A stretch of DNA of 37,574 nt from an uncultured Brevundimonas sp. (GCA_964591465.1 CAZQBJ010000002.1:1-37574), one strand, 5' to 3'; counted from the stretch's first letter, positions 19,922-28,523 are shown. The notes: generated from the letters alone by a model not told the origin. Program-made: numbers and translations.

Positions 19922-20170
19922 GGGTGCAAAGGACACCTAAACCCGGATAATGATAGAACTTCGTGCAGATACTGGCGTAGATGTGCCGCTAATGTGCTCC
20001 TGCTGTGCTGCATTGCTTGAGCGCGAGTGTAAAGCGAGCGTGCTGGCAAGAGTGCTGCCGGTTCTGGTACGAGTTCAGACCGAAGTAGTGCGCATAGAGG
20101 GTCTAAGCTTGTCCTTCGCCAACTGGGGTTAAACCCCAAAACAAGCAGCACCCCAATGGGCTGCTGCGTG
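19891..20170 (-). ncRNA. Candidate structured non-coding RNA of unknown family
   Basis: Upstream AGGA-N18-GAAG promoter-like motif, closing stem 20099-20119/19926-19944 with three G-U pairs valid only on the minus strand, repeated GCAC, terminator, no credible CDS. Confidence 0.55.
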
Positions 20171-20249
20171 TTCCTCTCTTCCACACTGCCCCTTACGAAT
20201 CCTTCCCCGTCCAGAAAGTTTAGGTTTATTTAATGCCCCTTTAGCAACC

Positions 20250-21413
20250 TCAGTAACCTTCCTTCAGCGCGGGAAAATCGCCTATACCCATGAGTTCGGC
20301 AATGCGCCGAGGAATGTCCGTGATCTGTAGGGTTCCGCTGAATCGTTCGGCACCTGGGCCGAAGGCATAGATGGGCACCATGCTCCCCGTGTGCGCCGTG
20401 GACACCCAGCCGTAAGTGACCGGTTCGCCAGAGGGCTGCCCGCCGGTTATGGCCAGGCCCCCCGTTTCATGATCGGCGGTGACCACAACTAAAGTGCCGG
20501 GGTTCGCCCGGGCATATTCCAAGGCCAGCCCCACAACCTGATCAAACATGAGCACCTCGCCCACAAGCTCCTTCACGCTTTGGGTGTGGCCGGCCCGGTC
20601 AATGCGGGATCCTTCGATCATCAGGAAGAAACCCTGGGGATTATGCCCCACTACCTCCAAGGCCCGCTCAGCCATCTCCAGTAGGGAAGGCTCCGTGGGC
20701 AGGCGGGTGATCTCGAAGCTCATGTCGCCGCCGATGAAAAGCCCGATGAGTTTCATGCCCGGGGTGATCTCCAGACTAAGCAGACTCTCCCGATCCGCCA
20801 CGAAGGTATACCCTTCCTCCAGGGCCTGGAGAATCAAGGCGTTGGATTTGGGCTTCTTAGTGAAGGGGTTGATCCCAAAGGCATCTGCCCCGCCGCCCAG
20901 GAGCACATCGGGACCGGCAGCTAAGACGGCCTTGACGATGTCCCGTTCCAAAGCCCGGGAATCGGCGTTTACAAGGAAGGCTGCGGGCGTGGCATCGGTC
21001 ACCTTCACCGTGGCCACGATCCCCGTGCTCAAACCCATTTCCTTGGCCTTGAGCATGATGCTCTGCACCGGGGTTCCATCGGGCAGTGTACCCAATCTTC
21101 CCGTATCCGTGCGAAAACCCGTGGCCAGGGCGGTGGCTGCCGCTGCGGAGTCTGTGATCAGGTTGTTGTTGGCGAAGTTGATGGAAAAGCCGGTGTAGGG
21201 CATGGTATCCAGGTTGAGTACTGAATGGGCTCCTGCTTCCAGGTTGATCCTGGCCGCGGTGATCTGGTTGATGCCCATGCCGTCGCCGATGAGCAGGATC
21301 ACGTTTTTCACCGGGGCCTCGGCCAGCACTGACCCGGGCAGGAACACCGCCAGACTCAGGGCCACGGCCAAGCTGAGCCAGATTCTTCTGCGCCTGCTGT
21401 TCATATAAGCCAC
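20250..21413 (-). CDS. phoA: Alkaline phosphatase, exported
   Basis: KNVILLIGDGMG, TDSAAAATALATG (active Ser), ATPAAF, FFLMIEGSRIDRAGH, VTADHETGG, HTG; signal peptide. Confidence 0.9.
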   Translation of the reverse strand: MAYMNSRRRRIWLSLAVALSLAVFLPGSVLAEAPVKNVILLIGDGMGINQITAARINLEAGAHSVLNLDTMPYTGFSINFANNNLITDSAAAATALATGFRTDTGRLGTLPDGTPVQSIMLKAKEMGLSTGIVATVKVTDATPAAFLVNADSRALERDIVKAVLAAGPDVLLGGGADAFGINPFTKKPKSNALILQALEEGYTFVADRESLLSLEITPGMKLIGLFIGGDMSFEITRLPTEPSLLEMAERALEVVGHNPQGFFLMIEGSRIDRAGHTQSVKELVGEVLMFDQVVGLALEYARANPGTLVVVTADHETGGLAITGGQPSGEPVTYGWVSTAHTGSMVPIYAFGPGAERFSGTLQITDIPRRIAELMGIGDFPALKEGY

Positions 21414-21479
21414 TTCCCTTCCCGCAAGTTACTCTTGCCTGGAACTTAGACGAAGGGGCGCCAAAAACCTTCCCCGCAT

Positions 21480-21498
21480 AGTAACCTGAAAGGTTACT
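21480..21498. promoter_or_regulatory. Palindromic operator candidate between divergent promoters
   Basis: AGTAACCT-gaa-AGGTTACT perfect 8-bp arms. Confidence 0.55.
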
Positions 21499-21597
21499 CC
21501 AGCTTGCAGGAATTGGCACTTTTTCTCAGAATGCATCAAATATGTACAAAATGCTGCCCGCGACTGGACGGCAAATTTCGATAGCGAGGTGTAAACG

Positions 21598-22776
21598 ATG
21601 AAAAGAAGGATTCTCATTGTCCTGTCGGTTCTGTTGATTGCACTTGTGGCCACACCGGTTTTGGCCTATGCACTGCCAGAGGGATTTGTGTATGTGACAG
21701 ACGTGGTTGAAACGGCGCAGCTGGACATCCGTTACTACAGCGGTTACAACTTCGTGGGGACGCGCATTAACGGTTACAACGCTCCCACGGCCATCCTGAC
21801 CGTGGAGGCGGCAGAAGCTCTCAAAAAAGCAGCTGACATCTTGGATGAACAAGGTTATTACATCAAGGTCTTCGACGCCTACCGGCCGGTGCGCGCGGTG
21901 GAGCATTTTGTACTCTGGGCTCAAGACCTTGATGATCAGAAAATGAAGGCGGAATTCTACCCAGAGGTTGATAAGGCACTCCTCTTTGATTTGGGGTACA
22001 TAGCCCTCAGATCCGGTCACAGCAGGGGAAGCGTGGTCGATCTAACCCTGGTCTACAAAGACACCCTGGACGAAGTGGATATGGGCAGCTCCTTCGACTT
22101 CTTCGGCCCCATTTCCCACCACGGAACGGATCTGATCACACCTGAACAGGAAGCCAACCGCAACATTCTGCGGGATGCCATGGTGGCCGCGGGGTTCGAG
22201 CCCTATCCTGAAGAGTGGTGGCACTACCGCCTCATTGACGAGCCCTACACCGATACCTACTTCGATTTCCCCGTGGACGCGCCCGAGTACGTGCTCCTGC
22301 GCGGCGTCCTCGATGAAGCCCTGGAGAAATCCGTGGCCCGGGCCCGCCAGACCATGAACGAGAACATTGGCGGCCCCTTTGGAGCGGCCATCATTGACCC
22401 CGAGGGGAATGTGGTGGTTGTGGCTTCCAACAGCGTGCTCAGGGATCATGACCCCACTGCCCACGCGGAAGTGAACGCCATCAGGGAAGCGGGGCGCGTC
22501 CTGGGCACCCATGACCTGACGGGTTACACCCTCTATGCCACGGGCTATCCCTGCCCCATGTGCCTGGCCGCCACCATTTGGTCCAACATCACCCATGTGA
22601 TCTATGGAGCTAGGCCTGAGGATGCAGAGGCCATCGGGTTCCGTGATGATTTCATCTACCGCTTCATTGAGAACGGGCGGGTGGACAGCTCCATCCTCTT
22701 GATTGAAGAGTACGGCCGGGATGAGTGCCTGAAGCTGTTTGAGGAGTACGCTGAAAAACAGAAACAAATCTATTAG
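21598..22776 (+). CDS. Secreted D-alanyl-D-alanine dipeptidase (VanX/DdpX, M15D) fused to a guanine-deaminase-like (cytidine deaminase fold) domain
   Basis: Signal peptide; DIRYY..NFVG, DAYRP, SGHSRGSVVDLTL, EEWWHY, YFDFPV; then GGPFGAAII, DPTAHAEVNAIR, PCPMCLAA, IGFRDDFIY. Confidence 0.88.
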   Translation: MKRRILIVLSVLLIALVATPVLAYALPEGFVYVTDVVETAQLDIRYYSGYNFVGTRINGYNAPTAILTVEAAEALKKAADILDEQGYYIKVFDAYRPVRAVEHFVLWAQDLDDQKMKAEFYPEVDKALLFDLGYIALRSGHSRGSVVDLTLVYKDTLDEVDMGSSFDFFGPISHHGTDLITPEQEANRNILRDAMVAAGFEPYPEEWWHYRLIDEPYTDTYFDFPVDAPEYVLLRGVLDEALEKSVARARQTMNENIGGPFGAAIIDPEGNVVVVASNSVLRDHDPTAHAEVNAIREAGRVLGTHDLTGYTLYATGYPCPMCLAATIWSNITHVIYGARPEDAEAIGFRDDFIYRFIENGRVDSSILLIEEYGRDECLKLFEEYAEKQKQIY

Positions 22777-22787
22777 GGGGCTGCAGC

Positions 22788-23900
22788 ATGGGGCGAAACA
22801 GCTTGTTCGCGGACAGCCAGGTTAACCGCGGCAGGCAGCTGGAACTTGATGTGATCAAGGGCTTGGCCATCTTGTTCATGCTGCTGGTCCACTGCCTGCA
22901 AACCTTATCTTACTCGCCGTGGGAACCCACCTGGGCCAACCGGGTGATCGTCTTCCTGGGCAGTCCGCCCGCGGCACCGGTGTTCATGTTTGCCCTGGGG
23001 GTGGGTTTGGTTTACACCAGGAAAAACACGCCTAGAGAGCTGGCCCTGCGGGGCCTGCGCGTTCTGCTCTTGGGCTACGCCCTGGCCTTCTTCCGGGACT
23101 TTCTCAGCTTTTATGCCTTGTATCTGCGCACGGGCGATCCAGCCCAACTGGAGAGAGCCGTGAGCTGTCTCCTGGGCGTTGATATCCTGCCCTTCGCCGG
23201 GCTGACCTTCCTGTTCTTTGCCGGCGCGGCCAAACTGCGCTTCCAGAGCTGGCACTACGCAGCGGCTGCCTTGCTTGGCGCGGCGGCCAACATGCTGCTG
23301 TACCCAACCTCCTTTTCTTCGCCCGTGTTGAACCACATAGGCGGCTTGATCTGGGGAACCAGTGAGTATTCCTGGTTCCCCTTCCTGACTTGGATCCCCT
23401 ATCCCATCTTGGGATATCTCTTTGGACACTTGCTCATCCGCTGCCAGGATAAAAAGCGCCTGTACCAGATATGTCTCTGGGTTTCCTTACCGGCTATGCT
23501 CGGGGGCTGGCTGCTCCACAGGTACTACGGCCTTAATTTCGGCTGGGAGAATTACCACGTGGCCACGGATTATTTCCACCACAATCTCCTGGGCAACCTA
23601 GTTCTATCCAGCTTCGTCCTGGCCTGGACCGGCGTGTGCTTTTTCCTGGCCTTACGGCTGCCAGAGCTGGTGCTCAGGACCCTCTCCCGCTGGAGCAGGA
23701 ACATTACGGTGATGTACGTCATCCACTGGATGATCATTGCCTGGTCCGTTGTTATCTACCCCGTACCCCTTTCCCTGCCCTGGGTGCTCGCCTACTTCCT
23801 CCTCCTGGTTCCCATAACTGACTGGGCCGCAGTGCAGTACACGGCTCTGAAGGCCAAACTCTCTACGGGGGGCAGGACTGGACAGGCTGCAGCTCAATGA
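22788..23900 (+). CDS. Membrane acyltransferase-like protein (DUF1624 / heparan-alpha-glucosaminide N-acetyltransferase-like), paralog 1
   Basis: RQLELDVIKGLAILFMLLVH, AAPVFMFALG, VDIL, WFPFLTW, YVIHW; about 10 TM segments. Confidence 0.8.
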   Translation: MGRNSLFADSQVNRGRQLELDVIKGLAILFMLLVHCLQTLSYSPWEPTWANRVIVFLGSPPAAPVFMFALGVGLVYTRKNTPRELALRGLRVLLLGYALAFFRDFLSFYALYLRTGDPAQLERAVSCLLGVDILPFAGLTFLFFAGAAKLRFQSWHYAAAALLGAAANMLLYPTSFSSPVLNHIGGLIWGTSEYSWFPFLTWIPYPILGYLFGHLLIRCQDKKRLYQICLWVSLPAMLGGWLLHRYYGLNFGWENYHVATDYFHHNLLGNLVLSSFVLAWTGVCFFLALRLPELVLRTLSRWSRNITVMYVIHWMIIAWSVVIYPVPLSLPWVLAYFLLLVPITDWAAVQYTALKAKLSTGGRTGQAAAQ

Positions 23901-23926
23901 AGGGAAGACAGAAGGAGGTAAGAGCC

Positions 23927-25036
23927 GTGGAAGAAAACAGATTGCTTGCTGACAGCCCAGTCAATCGCGGCAGGCAGCTGGAACTGGACATAATCAAGGG
24001 GCTGGCCATCCTGTTTATGCTGCTGGTCCACTGCCTGGAGTGTTTCATTGAGCTGCCGTGGGAACCGACATGGGCCAACCGCCTAATCTACTTTTTGGGC
24101 TGCCCGCCAGCGGCACCGGTGTTCATGTTTGCCCTGGGGGTAGGCCTGGTCTACAGCAGAAAGAACTCGCCCAGGGATCTGGCCGTACGGGGGCTGCGCA
24201 TTCTGCTCCTAGGCTACGTCCTGGCCTTCTTCCGCGATTTCCTAAGCATGTACGTCCTGTATCTGAGAACTGGCAGCGCCGCGGAGCTCGCGGAGGGCGT
24301 GAACGAGTTTTTGGGAGTGGACATCCTGCCCTTCGCCGGGCTCACCTTCCTATTCTTTGCCGGCGCGGCCAAACTGCGCTTCCAAAACATACACTATATT
24401 GCCGCAGCTCTGATCGGCGGGGCAGCCAACTTGCTGCTTATGGGAACCAGCTTTTCCTCCCCTCTCCTGAACCATTTCGGGGGATTGATTTGGGGAACCA
24501 CAGAGTACTCCTGGTTCCCCTTCCTGACTTGGATCACCTATCCCATTTTGGGGTATCTCTTCGGGCAGCTGCTCATCCGCTGCCGGGATAAAACCCGCCT
24601 GTACAAGATTTGCCTGTGGGTCTCCCTGCCAGCTGTGCTTGCTGGAGGACTGCTCTACAGACATTACGGCCTCTATTTCGGCTGGGAAGATTACCACCAC
24701 ACGGGGGCGTACTGGCACCATAATCTCCTGGGCAACCTGCTGTTTGCCAGCTTTGTCGTGGCCTGGACAAGCCTAGCCTACTTCGCGGCCGCCAAACTGC
24801 CGGAAGTGGTGGTGAAAACACTTTCCCGCTGGAGCCGGAACATTACGGTGATGTATGTCATCCACTGGATGATTGTGTCCTGGTCCATAGTGGTCCTCCC
24901 GCTGCCGTTCACGCTGCCCTGGATCTTAGCCTACTTCGTGGTGCTGGTTCCCGTGACTGACGCGGCGGCCGTGGGGTACCTGGCCCTTAAGGGGCGGCTC
25001 TTTCCGCGGGCACCGGCAGGGCGCGCCGCGGCCTAA
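23927..25036 (+). CDS. Membrane acyltransferase-like protein (DUF1624-like), paralog 2
   Basis: Same motifs as the upstream paralog; GTG start after AAGGAGGT. Confidence 0.8.
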   Translation: MEENRLLADSPVNRGRQLELDIIKGLAILFMLLVHCLECFIELPWEPTWANRLIYFLGCPPAAPVFMFALGVGLVYSRKNSPRDLAVRGLRILLLGYVLAFFRDFLSMYVLYLRTGSAAELAEGVNEFLGVDILPFAGLTFLFFAGAAKLRFQNIHYIAAALIGGAANLLLMGTSFSSPLLNHFGGLIWGTTEYSWFPFLTWITYPILGYLFGQLLIRCRDKTRLYKICLWVSLPAVLAGGLLYRHYGLYFGWEDYHHTGAYWHHNLLGNLLFASFVVAWTSLAYFAAAKLPEVVVKTLSRWSRNITVMYVIHWMIVSWSIVVLPLPFTLPWILAYFVVLVPVTDAAAVGYLALKGRLFPRAPAGRAAA

Positions 25037-25037
25037 A

Positions 25038-25703
25038 CTAAAGTTCTAGACTCTGCCCGGGAGCCAATACCGCCACCTGGCAGAGATCCAGTTCATCAAC
25101 GGACTTTTTGAACTCCTGGGGGTCCTGCTTGATCGCGGGGAAGGTGTTGTAATGCATGGGAATGACCAGCCCAGGCCGGATCATCTCCACCGCCTTCACC
25201 GCATCGGCGGGCCCCATGGTGTAATAATCCCCAATGGGCAGCAGAGCCGCATCTAGTTCCTCGTCCTGGAGCAGCTGCAGATCCGCGAAGAGGCCCGTAT
25301 CCCCGGCATGGTAGATCTTCTTACCGTCCATCTCTACCACAAAACCGCAGGCCAGCCCCCCGGAAACGCCGCTGCCGTGCTGGGCGGGCACGAGCTTAAC
25401 GCTGCCGAAGGAAGTGGGCAGCCTGCCCCCGATATTCCCTGCCACTACCTCCAGGCCTTCCGGCTCAAAGAGTTCCCCTGCCACTTCCACCGTGGAACAG
25501 ATCACTGCTCCCGTCCTTTTGGCAATGCTCACGGCATCGCCCACATGATCGTGATGGCCGTGGCTGACCAAGATGTAATCGGCCTCCACTTCATCCGCCG
25601 TTTTTGCCGCCAGGGGGTTCCCAGACAAAAAGGGATCCACTAAGACTTTCCCTGGCGAGCCTTCCAGCAAAAAGCATGCATGGCCCAAGAACTGAATCTT
25701 CAC
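25038..25703 (-). CDS. Metal-dependent hydrolase, MBL fold (UPF0173)
   Basis: IQFLGHACF, VDPFLSGNP, SHGHHDHVGD, IYHAGDT, LPIGDYYTMG, IPMHYNTFP. Confidence 0.92.
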   Translation of the reverse strand: MKIQFLGHACFLLEGSPGKVLVDPFLSGNPLAAKTADEVEADYILVSHGHHDHVGDAVSIAKRTGAVICSTVEVAGELFEPEGLEVVAGNIGGRLPTSFGSVKLVPAQHGSGVSGGLACGFVVEMDGKKIYHAGDTGLFADLQLLQDEELDAALLPIGDYYTMGPADAVKAVEMIRPGLVIPMHYNTFPAIKQDPQEFKKSVDELDLCQVAVLAPGQSLEL

Positions 25704-25907
25704 CGGCCTCACCCTTTCTCTGTTTTGGGACTTATACTTCTCCGCCTGCCTGCTATCACCTTTTTTTACCTGGACTGGCCTGTAAGCCCCCGTTTAGGGA
25801 GGAAATCGGCGCTTTTTTCCAGAACTACTAAAAGATTGACAAAGGAGGAACGAGCGAGCATTCACACAAGACAGGCGCAGTCAAACCCAAACCAAAGGAG
25901 GTCTAGC

Positions 25908-27242
25908 ATGTTCAACTACCCTCGCGATTTGTACGTAGATGTCCGCATAGAGGAAACCGTGGCCACGGAAATCCGGTTCAAACAGCGGACTCTACAGGGG
26001 CAGAAAGTGCGCCGGATCAAGGGGGCGCTGATCAGGGTCTTTGATGGAAAGCGGTGGTATTACGGGTCCACCACCGATCTGGACAATATCCAGGCCCAGA
26101 TTGACAGCCTCGCGCAGATGGCAGCACCCAATCCCCGAATTCTGGAACATCCCATGGTTCAGGCTTTCGAAGTGAACAAGGAAACTCTCCTCAAATACCA
26201 ACAAAAGTCCGTTATTGATGTTCCCTTGGAAGAGAAACAAGCCCTGCTGGAAAGTATCCTGCGCAAGATCACGGATCCGGCCGTGGTCAACCATTCATCC
26301 TTCTATGTAGACAACAACACCGTGAAATCATTCTATTCATCTCTGGGGGCAGCCCTCACCTTCGACCGCCAGATCTGCGGACTTCGTTTTGCCCTGGATA
26401 TCGTGTTTGGGGAAAACCGGGATCAGACAGTGGCTTCCAAAGCGGCCACAACCTTTGACGAGCTGAGGGGCTTCAAGGAGTTTATCCTGGAGGAGATGGC
26501 CAAGGACATCGCCTTTGTCCGCGATGCCCAGCCGGTGATACCCGGGGAGTACCAGGTCCTGCTCAGCCCCATCGCCACGGGCGTGTTTACCCACGAGAGT
26601 TTTGGACACAAGAGTGAGTCAGACTTCATGGTGGGCGACGAAGCCATGAAGGCCGAATGGGCTCTGGGTAAGCGCATCGGCCGCGACCTGCTCACCATCA
26701 TCGATGACAGCACCGAGTTGGGGAGCGGTTACACCCCCTTTGACGATGAAGGAACCCGGGGCAGGAAAACGGAGATCATCTCCCAGGGGATCCTCACGGG
26801 ACGGCTGCACAGCACCGCCACAGCCCTGGCCCTTGGGGAGAAGCCCACAGGCAACGCCCGGGCAGTTAGTTTCGAGTACGAGCCCATCGTGCGCATGACA
26901 ACCACCTACATCGCCAAGGGCGATCGGCCCCTCAAGGATATTATTGCCGAAATGGACGAGGGGATTTTCGTGGACACCATCAAGCACGGATCGGGCATGT
27001 CCACCTTTACCCTCGCTCCCGCCCGGGCCTATAAAATCGAAAACGGACAGATCACCAAGCCTGTGAAAATATCGGTGATCACGGGCAACGTGTTTACCAC
27101 TCTGGAAGAAGTGGATGCGGTGAGCCAGGAGTTCAAACTGGAGAGCTTTGTGGGCGGAGGCTGCGGCAAGATGGAGCAGTATCCCCTGCCAGTGGGCTTT
27201 GGCGGGCCCTACACCAGAGTAAGAAAACTGCAGGTTCAATAA
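25908..27242 (+). CDS. tldD: TldD/PmbA family metalloprotease, catalytic subunit
   Basis: FTHESFGH (HExxxH), PFDDEG, TGNARA, PIVRMTTTYI, GGCGK; ATG at 25908 after AAGGAGGT. Confidence 0.88.
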   Translation: MFNYPRDLYVDVRIEETVATEIRFKQRTLQGQKVRRIKGALIRVFDGKRWYYGSTTDLDNIQAQIDSLAQMAAPNPRILEHPMVQAFEVNKETLLKYQQKSVIDVPLEEKQALLESILRKITDPAVVNHSSFYVDNNTVKSFYSSLGAALTFDRQICGLRFALDIVFGENRDQTVASKAATTFDELRGFKEFILEEMAKDIAFVRDAQPVIPGEYQVLLSPIATGVFTHESFGHKSESDFMVGDEAMKAEWALGKRIGRDLLTIIDDSTELGSGYTPFDDEGTRGRKTEIISQGILTGRLHSTATALALGEKPTGNARAVSFEYEPIVRMTTTYIAKGDRPLKDIIAEMDEGIFVDTIKHGSGMSTFTLAPARAYKIENGQITKPVKISVITGNVFTTLEEVDAVSQEFKLESFVGGGCGKMEQYPLPVGFGGPYTRVRKLQVQ

Positions 27243-27254
27243 GGGGGGATAGAC

Positions 27255-28496
27255 GTGAAAAAGGAATTCATCACCATGCGCATCAAGGAATCCGCGGCCC
27301 GCGTCCAGAACAGCGAAGTGACCGCAGTGCGCGTCAAAGATATTACCAGAAAGGGAGTGCGGGTTTACCAAGACGGTAAAATCGGCATCGCCGGTGTAGT
27401 GGGCGACGCTCCCGAGGACGTCCTGCTGCAGGGTGCCATGCAGAACCTGAACGCAGGCATTGCCTACCCCTATCCCTTAACGCAGAACCTCAAGGACCAC
27501 CGCTGCTACAATGAGCAGCCCATGAGCTCCCAGGAACTTTTGGAGCAGGCAGAGGGTGTACTGCAGATCCTGCAGAAGGACTACCCCGACTTCGCCTTCA
27601 GTGAATCCATTTCCAGCATAGAGCAGATAGTGCAGATGAGAAACAGCGAAGGGTTGGACTTAGAGTACAAGGACGCTGTCTTCGCTTTGAGCCTGATCCT
27701 CAAAGAAAGGGCCACCGCCAATCTGTTCGACGGGGCGCTGTTCTGCCTTACCCGGAATTTCGACCCGGACAAGTTTTGGGACTTCAACCGCTCCTTCCTG
27801 GAAGCCTACCGCAACAAGGTAGAGCTGCCGGAGGGGGATGTGCTGCCGGTGTTCATGTGGGATCTGAGCGTACTCCAGAGTTTCCTGGGCCGGGCGCTCC
27901 ACGGCGAACGTTTTGCCCGGGGTAGTTCCCTGTTCAGCGGCAAGCTGGGGGAACAGCTCTTTGCCGAGAAGGTCACCATCGAGCTCAACCGGGATCCGGC
28001 CACGAGGATCAAACCCTTCTTCGACACGGAAGGGGTCGTGATCCCCAACGACCGCCTGGCCCTCGTGGAAAATGGCAGGCTTACCGCGGTGCTCACGGAC
28101 AAGAAGACGGCGGACACATATGGCCTGGCCCATACCGGGGCAGCCACGGGGGACTACGATGACCCACCCACCATTGATGGAGCCCACGGCGGTTCCCTGT
28201 CCTTTAAGACGGACAGCGAAGACATCGCGGCGGTGCTGCAGGGCCGCCCAGCTGTATTCGCCCTGCTCTGCTCTGGCGGCGACTTCACAGCCGATGGCAG
28301 CTTCGCCACCCCCGTGCAGGTGAGCTTCCTCTTCGACGGGGAACGCCTCGTGGGCAAGCTGCCGGAGTTCGCAGTACGCTCCAACCTCTTTAGGATGCTG
28401 GGTGAAGATTACATCGGCACCTTCGAGAACACAGGCCTCTACTTCGGGGAAATCCAGACCCAGCTGCAGGGGTACTACATGACCATCGTCCGCTAG
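27255..28496 (+). CDS. TldE/PmbA-like partner subunit
   Basis: GVRVYQDGKIG, SLFSGKLGE, FFDTEG, LVENGRL, GGDFTADGSF; no HExxxH; follows tldD. Confidence 0.75.
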   Translation: MKKEFITMRIKESAARVQNSEVTAVRVKDITRKGVRVYQDGKIGIAGVVGDAPEDVLLQGAMQNLNAGIAYPYPLTQNLKDHRCYNEQPMSSQELLEQAEGVLQILQKDYPDFAFSESISSIEQIVQMRNSEGLDLEYKDAVFALSLILKERATANLFDGALFCLTRNFDPDKFWDFNRSFLEAYRNKVELPEGDVLPVFMWDLSVLQSFLGRALHGERFARGSSLFSGKLGEQLFAEKVTIELNRDPATRIKPFFDTEGVVIPNDRLALVENGRLTAVLTDKKTADTYGLAHTGAATGDYDDPPTIDGAHGGSLSFKTDSEDIAAVLQGRPAVFALLCSGGDFTADGSFATPVQVSFLFDGERLVGKLPEFAVRSNLFRMLGEDYIGTFENTGLYFGEIQTQLQGYYMTIVR

Positions 28497-28523
28497 CAGG
28501 CACCAAGCTGTAAGCGCGCCAAC

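Noticed and set aside
19963-20091. CRISPR-like array
   Set aside because: Repeats are only 4-7 nt with no 25-45-nt repeat/spacer pattern, and no cas genes are present
19926-20119. Identification as 6S RNA, T-box, tmRNA or SRP RNA
   Set aside because: Size and closing stem are 6S-like, but I could not find the usual conserved motifs and the interior looks multi-hairpin; needs an Rfam scan
19950-20132. 60-aa plus-strand ORF (MIELRADTGVD...)
   Set aside because: No well-spaced RBS, no recognisable family, and both flanking terminator-like hairpins and the G-U pairing point to the minus strand; not formally excluded
19813-20184. N-terminal extension of the 196-aa ORF
   Set aside because: Runs through two hairpins and a terminator; a strong RBS sits at the ATG at 19812
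21598-22275. Vancomycin-resistance cluster
   Set aside because: No vanH/vanA/vanRS neighbours; the VanX-like domain is exported, unlike resistance VanX
25908-28496. TldD/TldE as part of a RiPP cluster
   Set aside because: No precursor peptide, YcaO or other modifying enzyme nearby; an ordinary tldDE pair
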